From contig CBDCTS010000007.1 of assembly GCA_965222345.1 (NCBI GenBank), positions 43,853-107,852 of the forward strand: a stretch of DNA of 64,000 nt, in the 5' to 3' direction. A program made the position numbers and the translations under genes. A model generated the notes under the pieces. It was not told where the DNA came from, did no database searches, and saw only the letters and a list, made by a program, of their open reading frames with translations. Of the stretch, positions 18,524 through 28,767 are shown in pieces. The DNA is from Terriglobia bacterium (GTDB lineage Bacteria; Acidobacteriota; Terriglobia; 2-12-FULL-54-10). How positions within the stretch are numbered: position 1 is the stretch's first letter; each line of letters opens with the position of its first letter.

Positions 18524-20773
18524 TCAAAAGATCTCCGGAAAGTGGAAGGTCAGGACGGCATTCATCCGCATGTCGCTGACGATTAATTCCTTGTGATTGG
18601 GATTCAATGCCACGCCGCGCGGCTTCTTCATTCCATTTTCAGGAGTCCCGTCAATTCTCCACCGCGGCGGAACATCGCCTTGATCGGTAACGTGCCAAAC
18701 GCCTACGAAAGTGCCTTCCGGTTCTGCGATGCTGCCGGATGTGATCTGTGCAACGACGATCCAGCCGGTCGCCGGATTGATGTCCATTTGCCGAATACCT
18801 TTGATGCCCGTGTTCGGCCCCCGTATGATCCGTAAGGGTTGCACCTTCCCTTCGGCTGTACGGTCGAAGATGAGCAAGCTGTCCCTCGTCCCACCCCGTC
18901 GACCTTCCGCATCATACACACCCCCATCGGCGACGATTAGATTGCGTACCGGGTCGATCACCGAACCGGATGGATAGGACGTATACCATCCAACGTCCCT
19001 GCCGCCCTGAATCATTCTCTTGGGAGCCACATCTCCGCTGGCCAGCAACGGAAACACCAGAATTTCATTGGCGCCTGTTATGACCATCTCCTCGTTTATA
19101 TCATCCACGGCGATCATGTCGGGATTCGTCAGCCGCGTACGCGGCCCCTGAATGACGCGAATGGGAGCCTCCTCGCCGGTCGCCGAGCCGCGGAAGGTGA
19201 GGACCGCCTGTGCAAAGGGATTCGCCACATAGATCTCATCCCTTTTTTCGCTGTAGCGAATGTCGTGCATCGTCCTGCTGAGTTTGGTGTCCTGACCGAA
19301 AATCACTCTGTTGGGAGCATCGCCGCCCTTGGCCATCCTGGCAAAGATCGCAATCTGCGGATGAGCCACTCAGTTGGGCACGAGAATCTCATTCCGCCGT
19401 GTGTCGTATCCAACGGCCCCCGGATTTCCGATCTGTTGCGCCGTGCGCCCCAGCGGCCCGCCTCGGATGATTCGCTTCGGCCGAACGTTCCCGGAGGCAT
19501 CCAGCGGAAACACGGTCGCGGAATGATTCCCCATATTCGCAATGACCAGTTCGTTGTTTGCCTTGTCCACAAAAACGCCGGTCGGATTCTTGATCTGTGT
19601 CCGGGAGCCCTGAATCACCCGTTTAGGAGCGACGTCGCCATCCGACGCGGCGTCGAATACCAGGATGGAATGGCCGCCGTCGTTGGCGACAAAAAGTTCC
19701 TGCATTTCCTGGTCGAGCGAGATGTGCGCCGGCCAGTTCAGCTGTGTCCTGGGCCCTTGGATCGTCCGCAAGGGTGGGGATTCACCGCTTGCGTCCAACG
19801 GATAGATGGTAATGGAGGGCGGATGGTATCGTCCCGATCCGGGAATCTCACTCCGGATCGGCCAGTTCGCCTTGGCTTGGCCTCCTCGTGCCGGATCCTC
19901 CAGCGCCTTCTTCTCATGGTAATTCCCATAGTTCCCGACAAACATCAGGCGGTTCGCCGGATCCACGGCTATCCCGTGAGGATCAGCGAGTTGTGTCCCG
20001 GCTCCCTGCAGAAGACGAATCGGAGGATCGTCGTCCTTTGCGTACTTATCGAAGACAACAACTGCATTGTCGTGCTGGATGGTCAGAAACATCTCCTCGG
20101 CTTGCTCGTCCACCGCTATTCCGAAGGAACCATGCGGTGTCCGTAATTCGCGCGTTGGAGGTGTGTCACCCTGAACGTCCCGGCTGAAGATGACCATCGT
20201 GTTGATGGTGTCGTTGTTCACCGAATAGATGTCACCCGATTGCGGATCGACGTACAGAGCACAGTTGAACTCGATCTTTGTATGATGTCCGCCGATAATC
20301 CGCTTCGGCTCCGTCATCGTGGCGGAAGGGGGTGTATTGTCCAGCCGGTCATACACCATGATCTGAAAAAGATTTTCGTCCTGGAGAACGATTTCATCGT
20401 TCGCCAAGTCCAGCGCAACGGCGCTATAGGTGGGATATGGATCGCTGATGTTGCGTAACGGGGGACGGATCAGCGATTCGGACGTTCGCGCTGCATTGCC
20501 CTGGCTCGCCGGGCCCAACCCTCTTGTCTCCTCCTGCCATCCAGAAGCCATGAAGGTTGTCGTATTTGCGGGCGTCATCCACTGGCACATCTCCCCTATC
20601 TCTGACATTAGCGGAGTGGTAGAAACTAGCCTCGGCCCACCGAGCCGTTCCCGGTTCCCGGCAACGACAACAATTCCAATCAGTATGGTAAGGAAGACAA
20701 TCCAGCCTGCAGGGGAGATCCCCGATGCAATCCTGAACCGTTTACGAGTCAGTTGAAACACAGCGGACCTCAT
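18524..20773 (-). CDS. Large beta-propeller repeat protein (~12 blades), membrane-anchored, interrupted by an in-frame TGA at 19370..19372 (possible pseudogene)
   Basis: The two ORFs 19370..20773 and 18524..19369 are in the same frame, separated only by TGA followed by GTG. The stop falls inside one copy of the repeat (…RNEILVPN*VAHPQIAIF… versus …NELVIANMGNHSATVF…). The repeat unit …D(A/G)xP(K/L)R(V/I)IxGxxTxLxxPxGIAVD… continues on both sides. Confidence 0.6.
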
Positions 20774-20857
20774 TGCCTATCCGCTCTCATCTAGAAGAGT
20801 CAAAAAGACCTCTCTCTCCTGAGAGGAGGAAGGAGAAAGCGGTTGCTATTCTTGCAA

Positions 20858-22786
20858 TCAGCGCAGACCTTCACCGGCCCGGGCAGCCGTGCCGCGTCGT
20901 TCCGTCAGGTCCTCATAGGTACTGATGACGGCTCCGTCAGGCTGAAGGCTGTACTCGCCCGAGAAATCATTGTGGACGAATACGACCCGTCCATCCACCA
21001 TCGTCATCAGCGGCTTGATCCCGCCCAGCTCCTCTTCGGGAATCGACATATAATCTTTGTCCAGCACGACCATGTCGGCCAATTTCCCCACGACAATCGA
21101 CCCCAGCCGGTCTCCTTTGAGAACATAGTCAGCCGCCCATTGAGTAGCCGTTCGGAGCGCCGTCGCCCGGTCAACCCGCTCCTGCGGCCCCCAGACCCTT
21201 CCCTGTGCATCCTTGCGAGTAATCATCAACTGCAGGTCTGCCCAGATATAAGCGCCCGTTCCGGATTCATAGGCCACCTTCGCCCCCGCGTCGATCATGC
21301 TCTTGATCGGGACGATAAACGTGTTCGCCATCTCCCCGCCGTAGGACGCTGAAGCCGATAGGCCTCCCAGAATGTATTTTGGAGCACAACTGAAAGACAC
21401 TCCGAGCCGGACCGCCCGGCCGATGTCGTCCGGGTCCATGAAGGTGCAGTGATCAAAGGCCCAGTCGCGCGTCGCCTCAGGCCCATGTCGCTGCTGAATC
21501 TCTTCGATCATCGTTAGCAGATTGGTCGCCGTCCGGTCTCCGGCCACATGGTCATTGGCCAGTCGGAGACCGTAGTCTCCCATCGCCATGATCCATTCCT
21601 TGAAGTAGTTTCCGCTGATCTGAGCCGCGCGCCCGCTGCCGCCCCGGTATTCATCGTCGGTGAGGCACTGGCCGGTGGGAAACCAGGTGTTGAGTTCCCC
21701 GTAGGCCTCGGATCGCTTCTGGTTCGTGCAGGCTCGCGTGCCGCTGCCGTCGATCGATGACGGCGCAACGGAGTTCATCCAGATCATGTCCGTGCCCGAA
21801 CCGATCTTGCCCTGAAACTGCTCGAGTTCCTTCGGATCGGTGATGTTGCCGAAATACTCCCACCCCAGTCCGTAGGCAAGCCGGACGGTCTGCTCCCCGC
21901 TGCTCTCCAGTTTCCTGTAGGCCTCGATTCCATGCAGCAGCATTTTGTTGGAGATGGTCGTGATCCCCTGTGCGTTCAACTCCTCCATGACCTTCTTGTA
22001 TCCGGGCGCCATCACCTCCGGCGTGGCACGGGGCAGGTAGCGATTCAGGATGATACGGGTCGCCGGCGCTTCCAGGTGTCCATCCGGCTTGCCATCGCTG
22101 CCCAGCCAGTACCTTCCATACTTGCCGATGAAATCTCCGTAATCTCCCCACACCTGATCGATCGCCTTGCTGTTCACAAAGATCATGTTCTCTGCCGGCA
22201 GGCCCAGTGTCAGAACGGCGGGGTTGTCCGGCGTGACTTCATCCAGGTCGTAACGGTCCATGTCATCCAGCAGAATCTTGTTATGCGCCACGGAGCGAGG
22301 TTCATTGTGAAACAGCAGCCAGCGCCCGGCAGGAGGGCGGTGCTTCTCTATCAGTTGCCGGATCTGTCCCAGCACGTCCTCTTTGCTCGCAACAGCACGC
22401 CAATCCAGATGCATGTCCCAGTAATCGTCTTCGGGCAGCTGTGCCCGGTACGGACCTGGATCGTTCCAGTTGTTGATATGGGTATCGATCATGCCGGGCA
22501 CTACTGTACGGCCTTTGAGATCCAACAGGATCGTATCCGGCCAGGCATGGGGGAGGACTTCCTCGTTGGTGCCGACAGCGATGATTCTGTTCCCGGCAAC
22601 AGCAACAGCTTCCGCAACGGAAAAATCCTCGTCCACCGTCAAAACCTTCGCGTAGTGCAGGATGGTCGTGGCTCTAGCAGACCCCGTCTGTGCCCGGATG
22701 GTCTGGATATTCTGTACCGCCAGAGCTGCCATGAAGAGCAGGCCGGCTAGTGATTTTAGACGCCAGTTTCTTTCCAACACTTTCAC
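20858..22786 (-). CDS. Secreted amidohydrolase-family (amidohydrolase 3-like) metal-dependent hydrolase
   Basis: Signal peptide. …VVPGMIDTHINNW… metal-binding motif. 642 aa, typical of amidohydrolase 3. Confidence 0.65.
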   Translation of the reverse strand: MKVLERNWRLKSLAGLLFMAALAVQNIQTIRAQTGSARATTILHYAKVLTVDEDFSVAEAVAVAGNRIIAVGTNEEVLPHAWPDTILLDLKGRTVVPGMIDTHINNWNDPGPYRAQLPEDDYWDMHLDWRAVASKEDVLGQIRQLIEKHRPPAGRWLLFHNEPRSVAHNKILLDDMDRYDLDEVTPDNPAVLTLGLPAENMIFVNSKAIDQVWGDYGDFIGKYGRYWLGSDGKPDGHLEAPATRIILNRYLPRATPEVMAPGYKKVMEELNAQGITTISNKMLLHGIEAYRKLESSGEQTVRLAYGLGWEYFGNITDPKELEQFQGKIGSGTDMIWMNSVAPSSIDGSGTRACTNQKRSEAYGELNTWFPTGQCLTDDEYRGGSGRAAQISGNYFKEWIMAMGDYGLRLANDHVAGDRTATNLLTMIEEIQQRHGPEATRDWAFDHCTFMDPDDIGRAVRLGVSFSCAPKYILGGLSASASYGGEMANTFIVPIKSMIDAGAKVAYESGTGAYIWADLQLMITRKDAQGRVWGPQERVDRATALRTATQWAADYVLKGDRLGSIVVGKLADMVVLDKDYMSIPEEELGGIKPLMTMVDGRVVFVHNDFSGEYSLQPDGAVISTYEDLTERRGTAARAGEGLR

Positions 22787-22993
22787 TTCCTGTCAGTCAA
22801 GCGATTACCCCTGAGATTGCCAACTGGGCCACAGTGGAAAGGCTTCCGCAGGCGCTCAAATACTCACCCCAATTTTCGTCAATGAGATGTGCCCGACTCT
22901 GCCGCTTCAGTTACAGGAATAACGTCCTGTATCTGTGAAATCCGAATCAAAGCAAGGTCTTTATTTTTCCGGCCGCTTGCCAAAGAGACTGTT

Positions 22994-24589
22994 TTATTGC
23001 CCGGAACGATCCGCCACGGGACCCGTATAAGGGGCGGCGCCCAAATCGAGCAGAAAGTCGGCGACCTCTTTCAGTGGGGCGAGTTCGCGGAATCTGCGGT
23101 CAGTTTCGCCGCCGGGAAGCGGCTTGTAGGAGAACTGACCCGGGTCGCCCAATGCGATCGACATCGCCGTCTGGCCGTACTTGTCCTCGGACTCCAGGTC
23201 AGCGCCGTTTTCGGTCAGAATCCGCAGCGCTTCGGTTTCTCCTAGAATCGCCGCTCCATGCACCGCCGACCGGCCGCCGGGACCTTTGGCGTTTACATCG
23301 CCACCCAGGTCCAGCGCCAGCTTCAGAGCTTCCAGATAGCCCTTCCGTTCCTCGTTCGTCGCTGCACCCCGCTCGCGCCCCACGCCGGCCGCCACCATCA
23401 GCGGTGTCAGCCCCTCCAGCGTCGCTATACCCGGATTCGCTTTCGCCTCCAGCATGAAACGCATCGTCTGGGCATCCCCGGAAGCAGCCGCCAATAGGAA
23501 CGGCGTCGATCCGGCAAAATCAGCCTGCGGCAGTTCGTTGCTCAGCGTGCGGGCATAGCGGTGAATATCCCACGGCAGGAAGTCCTTCACGATTCGGGCG
23601 TTGGGATCCGCTCCCCGCAATAAGAGCGCTTTGGCCAGCTCGGGTGAGTTGCGGTGATTCCAGAACCGGTCCGTTCTATAAGGCCTGCTGTAAAGAAACG
23701 CGATTCCCCTTTGCATCGTCCAGTGCAAAGCAGTGACCCCGTAGCCATCGGCGGCAGTTGGGTCCGCACCCTTTTCCAGCAGATACAGCCCCACCTTTTC
23801 ATGACCGTTGGTGGCGGCCAGCACCAGTGCGCTGCCATCATCCGGTGTGGCATCATTCACATCTCCACCCGCATCAACCAGGACCTGCACCGACTCCAGA
23901 TCGCCCGACTGGGCCGCGAACATAAGCGGGGTAAATCCTCCTTTTACCTTGGGCAGGTAAACATTCTTGCTGTAGCTAACCGCCATCAGCGGTTCGTAGA
24001 GGTCCACAGTGCGCGACCTCGGATGAAGATCCGCCCCATGCTCCAGCAGAACCTTTATGACCTCCGGATGCCCCTGCGCCGCGGCCCACATCAGAGCCGT
24101 CTGCCCGCGCTCCTGCTCTGCCGCGTGGACGTCCGCTCCATGCTCCAGCAGGGCCTTTGCTCCATCCGCGGCTCCCGTACGGGAGCATGTCATCAGAACG
24201 GTTTCTCCAGTCCAAAGAGCGGCATTAGGATCTGCACCCTTATTCAGCAATCTTTCCACCAGAAAAGAATTGCCGTTGCTGCAGGCCTGCGAAAGGGGAG
24301 TGTGCCCGTAATCGTTCGCCAGGTTCACGTCTGCGCCGGCGCGGATCAGTAGGTCGGCGGTTTCCACGTCGTTCCAATGAACCGCCCAGGCCAGCGCGGT
24401 CGTGCCGTCTCCTTCCGCCTCATTTATGTCGACGCTTTGCTCGATGAGAGACCCGACAGCCGCCAAGTCCTGGTTTCTGACCGCCTCTACCAGACTCTGA
24501 GATCGCCCGATCCCGGAAAAGCCTTCCAGGATCAGCAGTGAAACAATGCTGATCCGGCACAGACCGGCTATTTTCTTCCTGCTCACCAT
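22994..24589 (-). CDS. Secreted ankyrin-repeat protein (>=12 ANK repeats)
   Basis: Signal peptide, then tandem ~33-aa units (…GxTALxxAxxxGHxxVVxxLLxxGADxN…). Confidence 0.8.
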   Translation of the reverse strand: MVSRKKIAGLCRISIVSLLILEGFSGIGRSQSLVEAVRNQDLAAVGSLIEQSVDINEAEGDGTTALAWAVHWNDVETADLLIRAGADVNLANDYGHTPLSQACSNGNSFLVERLLNKGADPNAALWTGETVLMTCSRTGAADGAKALLEHGADVHAAEQERGQTALMWAAAQGHPEVIKVLLEHGADLHPRSRTVDLYEPLMAVSYSKNVYLPKVKGGFTPLMFAAQSGDLESVQVLVDAGGDVNDATPDDGSALVLAATNGHEKVGLYLLEKGADPTAADGYGVTALHWTMQRGIAFLYSRPYRTDRFWNHRNSPELAKALLLRGADPNARIVKDFLPWDIHRYARTLSNELPQADFAGSTPFLLAAASGDAQTMRFMLEAKANPGIATLEGLTPLMVAAGVGRERGAATNEERKGYLEALKLALDLGGDVNAKGPGGRSAVHGAAILGETEALRILTENGADLESEDKYGQTAMSIALGDPGQFSYKPLPGGETDRRFRELAPLKEVADFLLDLGAAPYTGPVADRSGQ

Positions 24590-24636
24590 AGTCGCTTCTC
24601 CGGGGCACTCCTTCCGGGCTTTCGTTGTCCCGCGTG

Positions 24637-25986
24637 CTACAGCACAATTCCTTCCAGCTTGCCCGTTGCGTCGCTGTCCTCGTTATCCCGGTAGCCGTCG
24701 TCTGGTACTCCGGCCATGTCAAACACGGTCAGCCAGAGGTTCGACAGCGGCAGCCCCTGATACCTGACGTGGCGTCCTGTTCGGATCTTCCCCTTTGCGC
24801 CCAATACCAGCAACGGCACGTCGTTGTGCGTATGCAGCATTCCGTCATTCAGGCCGCAACCGTTGACGACCAGCGTGTGGTCCAGCAGCGAACCGTCACC
24901 ATCCGAGGCGAGCTGCAGCTTCTCCAGATAGTAGGCGAACAGTTGGGAATGAAAAATGTCGATCCTCTCGCAGGCAGCGATCGGCTCGGCATAGTTGCTG
25001 TGGTGCGACAGGGCGTGGTGTCCTTCCGATATGCCCAGTTCGCGATAGTCCCCCTCACCCGACTCGAGCCCGAACATGAAGGTGATCATACGGGTCAGGT
25101 CCGTCTGCAGGGCCAATACCTGCAGATCGAAAAGCAGCTTTGCTTGTTCGGAATAATTGGTGGGCAGGCCGGTCGGCCGGTCGATATCCGGAAGCTTGCG
25201 CGAGACCTGCTGTTCGGCCAGCTGAATGCGCCGTTCGATATCGCGGACAGAATCGAGATATTCGCTCAACTTTCGCTTGTCTGACGAGCCCAGCGCAGCA
25301 GTAAACCGCGCCGTCTCTTCGCGGATGAAATCCAGAATGCTGCGGTTCATCTGAATATTGCGCAGCCGGACTTCCGGATCGGTGCTTCGGCTGTTACCGA
25401 GAAGGCGGTCGAATACCTTACGAGGATTGTTCTCGATTGGAAGCGGCTGAGTGCCCGATCGCCAGCAGACCGTGTTCGTGTAGGATTCTTTGTATGAGCC
25501 GTCCGCCCTGCCGTCCAGGTCCGGTGCTTCCATTCCGAGCTCCAGCGATCCGAGCTGCGTATGCTTGCCGAACTCCCTCGCAATGATCTGGTCGGCCGAG
25601 GGACCCAGCGCACCATTGGGTTTCGGATGTATGCCGGTGAGATACGCCGCGCTGGCTCGGGCGTGTCCGGAGCCGCCCTCGCCTGGACGCATATCGGCGG
25701 CCTTGATATTCAGCCCGCTCACAACCATCATCTGGTCACGGAAGGCAGCCAGCGGCTCCAGCGACGGGGTCATTTCATAGCCGGTTCCCACCGTTTGCGG
25801 AGTCCACTTATTGAGGATTTTTCCGTTGGGGCCGTAGAGGAACGACACCCGCAGCGGCGTCTGCTCGGCCACCTTCCCGGAAGATGCGAAGGCCGGGACC
25901 ATCCCATCCAGCAGCGGCAGTGCCAGCGCCCCTCCCACTCCGCGCAGAAATGTCCGTCGTGGAATAGCCTTTTTGAATATCATCAT
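24637..25986 (-). CDS. DUF1552-family protein with twin-arginine signal
   Basis: N-terminal PRRTFLRGVGGALALPLL. This family is characteristically paired with DUF1592-type proteins in Planctomycetes/Acidobacteria. Its stop overlaps the start region of the upstream gene. Confidence 0.6.
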   Translation of the reverse strand: MMIFKKAIPRRTFLRGVGGALALPLLDGMVPAFASSGKVAEQTPLRVSFLYGPNGKILNKWTPQTVGTGYEMTPSLEPLAAFRDQMMVVSGLNIKAADMRPGEGGSGHARASAAYLTGIHPKPNGALGPSADQIIAREFGKHTQLGSLELGMEAPDLDGRADGSYKESYTNTVCWRSGTQPLPIENNPRKVFDRLLGNSRSTDPEVRLRNIQMNRSILDFIREETARFTAALGSSDKRKLSEYLDSVRDIERRIQLAEQQVSRKLPDIDRPTGLPTNYSEQAKLLFDLQVLALQTDLTRMITFMFGLESGEGDYRELGISEGHHALSHHSNYAEPIAACERIDIFHSQLFAYYLEKLQLASDGDGSLLDHTLVVNGCGLNDGMLHTHNDVPLLVLGAKGKIRTGRHVRYQGLPLSNLWLTVFDMAGVPDDGYRDNEDSDATGKLEGIVL

Positions 25987-28553
25987 AACGGTCGCGACCT
26001 CCTCATCTGAAATGGCGTGCTCTTTACGATGCCCAATATCAGCGACGACCAGCGGTAGTCGTCCGCGGCGGCATCCCGCAGAATCCCGCGGATCGCCGGC
26101 TGGTCGTAATGTTGGACTCCTCGGCCCAGGGCGTATGTCAGAAGTTTTTCCGTAACATTGTGAACGAACAGTTCCGGTCGGCTCAACAATATCTCTCGCA
26201 GCTCGCCGGGGCCTATGAACTTCGAGCCGCTCGGCAGCGTACCCGAGGCGTCGATCGGCGCTCCGCCGTCATCGTTCCGCCACCGGCCCGTGGCGTCGAA
26301 GTTTTCCAACGCAAACCCGATCGGATCCATCTGCGCGTGGCAACTTGAGCATACCGGATTGACTCGATGCTCCTCCAGCCGTTGCCGCACCGTCGTTGGC
26401 TTCGCGTTGCGGGAATTCTCGGGAAGGGTCGGGATATTCGGTGGAGGGGCCGGGGGAGGCGTGCCGAACAGGTTGTTCAGCACCCACTTGCCACGCAGAA
26501 CCGGAGAGGTTCGATTGGGACGGGAAGTCAACGTAAGAATGCTGCCCTGCCCGAGCAGTCCGCGCCGGTTTTCATCGCTGACCGATAACCGGCGGAAGTT
26601 GCTGCCATAGATATCCGGAATCCCGTAATGCAGGGCCAGACGCTCGTTGACGAACGTATAGTCCGCATCCAGCAGTTCCGTCGCGGGCCGGTCCTCCCGG
26701 AGCATGCTTTTCAGGAACAGTTCCGTTTCCTGCTGGAAGGCTTGGCGCAGTTCGTCGTCAAAATCGGGAAAAGCACGCCCATCCGGAAAGTGATGATTCA
26801 GATTGCGCAGGTACAGCCACTGCGCCGCGAAATTGGATATGAGCGTCTCGGACTTCGGATCCGCCAGCATCCGCCGCACCTGCCGCTCCAGAACCGCTGG
26901 CTTCCTCAGCTTGCCGCTCTCAGCCAGCTCGAGAAGTTTTTCATCGGGAATGCTGCTCCACAGGAAAAAGGAGAGGCGCGAGGCCAGATCAAGATCGCTC
27001 ACCTCGTACGGCGTGTCCGGGGACACTCCTTCTGGATCGCGCTCGGCCCGGAACAGGAACTGCGGGCTTACCAGTATGCCCTGCAGCGCCCGCTGAACAC
27101 CCATCTGAAGCCCTCCTCCGGCGCGGCCGAGCGAATAGAGTCTGAGCAACGGCTGAATCTCCCTGTCGCCCACTGGCCGACGGTATGCCCGGCGCGCCAG
27201 TCTTCCGATAATCTTCCGCGCGCAGGTCAACTCCTGCTCGCTGGCCTCACTGCCGCCGCCGTCCATTCCCGCATCACCGCTGCCCGGGTGGCAAACAAAG
27301 ATCCTCCGGCGGCTTAGCGTATTCCCTGGGCCTGTCGGGTCGAACGGCCCGGAAATAGTGAACAATTTGACACGCGGCTCGCCTCCTTTGAAATCAATAA
27401 AGTCCGCCTCCATCGGTCGCACAGGAAAATATTCCAACAGCCCCTCTCCCGAAATATTTCTCTTCAGGAAAAACACCTGCACCAGATGATTGCCGGCCTT
27501 GGCCGGAAACCGCACCTCCAGTCCCGCATCCGCGCCAACGATCTCATGCTCCATCTGCTCGGGATCGAACCGATACTGCCCCCCGATGCGCGAGTGGATC
27601 GGTCCGGTCGTGCCTTTACGCACTCCGCCTACCGGAAATTGCGCGATTCTCTTTCCATCCACTCGCACTTCCAGCGGATGCACCTGATCCAGCAGACCGC
27701 GGATATATCCATCCTGGTTTCTCTGCAGCCGAATGTTTATTGCATACTCGCCGTCAAGCGAAAAATTATGCTGCACAGCGAATCCGCCGCGCGATCCCAG
27801 TGGCATATTCTCACCCATCCGGTCATCCTGCATGAACGTGACCGGTATGTTGTATGTTTCGCTGTCCACGCCGATTTCCGGGTCTCCCACCGCCAGCTGG
27901 CTGATTCGTTCCGCCACAGCCAGATATCGCTCCATCAGCAGTGGCGAAACCGATAGCGCATCGCCCACGTTGTCGAATCCGTAGTCCGCGTCATCGTCGG
28001 GAAGCATTGCGGCCCCGTCAATCTCCACGGCCAGCAGGTCTCGAACGGCATTGGTGTACTCGGAACGATTCAGCCGGTGGAAATCCACCGTCCTGCCGGG
28101 ATTCGGGCTTGCCGCCGCAGCCCGGTCAAGCGCTGTCTCCAGGTATGTAACGAGCGAATCGTACTCGGCTTCATCCGGCCTCGGAACGCCCGGTGGCGGC
28201 ATGGCGCGGCCTCGCAGCTTGCGCACCACTTTTTCCCATATCTCTGCTTTCGCGCCCGCGTTTCCCAGGTCAGCCTTGTCCAGCAGCAGCTCCGCAGTAC
28301 GCAGCTTCTCATTGTGGCAGGTAACGCAGTACCGGTTCAGCAAAGCTTGTTGAGAGGATGTTTCCTGAGCGGGGGCAGTGATGGGATGTACGTATCCCCC
28401 ACTGAAAATTGCTAATGCGATCCAGGTCAGGAGCCGTAGTCTCATCGAAGCAGGCTCTCCCTGTCGTTCTTCGCGCGTAAATACAAGCGGCTGATCGCCG
28501 CCCGTGGACGTCATTCTATGCCCCGCCCATTCTGCGGTCAAGCGGGAATTCAT
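25983..28553 (-). CDS. DUF1592/DUF1588/DUF1587/DUF1585/DUF1595-type large protein with cytochrome-c-like CxxCH motif
   Basis: 856 aa. N-terminal NRYCVTCHNEKLRTAELLL motif; C-terminal …CSSCHAQMDPIGFALENFDATGRWR… signature. It is the partner of the DUF1552 gene. Confidence 0.65.
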   Translation of the reverse strand: MNSRLTAEWAGHRMTSTGGDQPLVFTREERQGEPASMRLRLLTWIALAIFSGGYVHPITAPAQETSSQQALLNRYCVTCHNEKLRTAELLLDKADLGNAGAKAEIWEKVVRKLRGRAMPPPGVPRPDEAEYDSLVTYLETALDRAAAASPNPGRTVDFHRLNRSEYTNAVRDLLAVEIDGAAMLPDDDADYGFDNVGDALSVSPLLMERYLAVAERISQLAVGDPEIGVDSETYNIPVTFMQDDRMGENMPLGSRGGFAVQHNFSLDGEYAINIRLQRNQDGYIRGLLDQVHPLEVRVDGKRIAQFPVGGVRKGTTGPIHSRIGGQYRFDPEQMEHEIVGADAGLEVRFPAKAGNHLVQVFFLKRNISGEGLLEYFPVRPMEADFIDFKGGEPRVKLFTISGPFDPTGPGNTLSRRRIFVCHPGSGDAGMDGGGSEASEQELTCARKIIGRLARRAYRRPVGDREIQPLLRLYSLGRAGGGLQMGVQRALQGILVSPQFLFRAERDPEGVSPDTPYEVSDLDLASRLSFFLWSSIPDEKLLELAESGKLRKPAVLERQVRRMLADPKSETLISNFAAQWLYLRNLNHHFPDGRAFPDFDDELRQAFQQETELFLKSMLREDRPATELLDADYTFVNERLALHYGIPDIYGSNFRRLSVSDENRRGLLGQGSILTLTSRPNRTSPVLRGKWVLNNLFGTPPPAPPPNIPTLPENSRNAKPTTVRQRLEEHRVNPVCSSCHAQMDPIGFALENFDATGRWRNDDGGAPIDASGTLPSGSKFIGPGELREILLSRPELFVHNVTEKLLTYALGRGVQHYDQPAIRGILRDAAADDYRWSSLILGIVKSTPFQMRRSRPL

Positions 28554-28702
28554 CCTTAGTTACACATCTAACTTATTGATAAAGAATACTCGCTCTCATG
28601 TTGCTTGAGCGCGTGGCGCCCTGGCTATCATCGACCGATCCGGCTGCAAGCGGTCCCGTGAGCCACCGCCATCCTATCATTCTCCATGGCCACCCGGCGT
28701 CC

Positions 28703-28745
28703 GCTAAGAAACACCCCCGCTCACATTCTTCCGCGAACGGGGGTT
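28703..28745 (-). terminator. Rho-independent terminator downstream of the TonB-dependent receptor gene
   Basis: On the minus strand: ACCCCCG-N18-CGGGGGT stem followed by GTTTCTT, immediately 3' of the receptor stop codon. Confidence 0.5.
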
Positions 28746-28767
28746 TCTCTTCAATATAAACGATCCG

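Noticed and set aside
19370-19372. Possibility that UGA is reassigned as a sense codon (Gly/Trp) in this genome, which would explain both in-frame TGAs
   Set aside because: Conserved housekeeping genes in the window (e.g. pyrH at 33458) terminate with TGA at the expected position. UGA is therefore a genuine stop here.
23074-24352. Multiple ORFs antisense to the ankyrin-repeat gene
   Set aside because: They are Arg/Pro-rich reverse-frame artefacts of a repetitive GC-rich gene.
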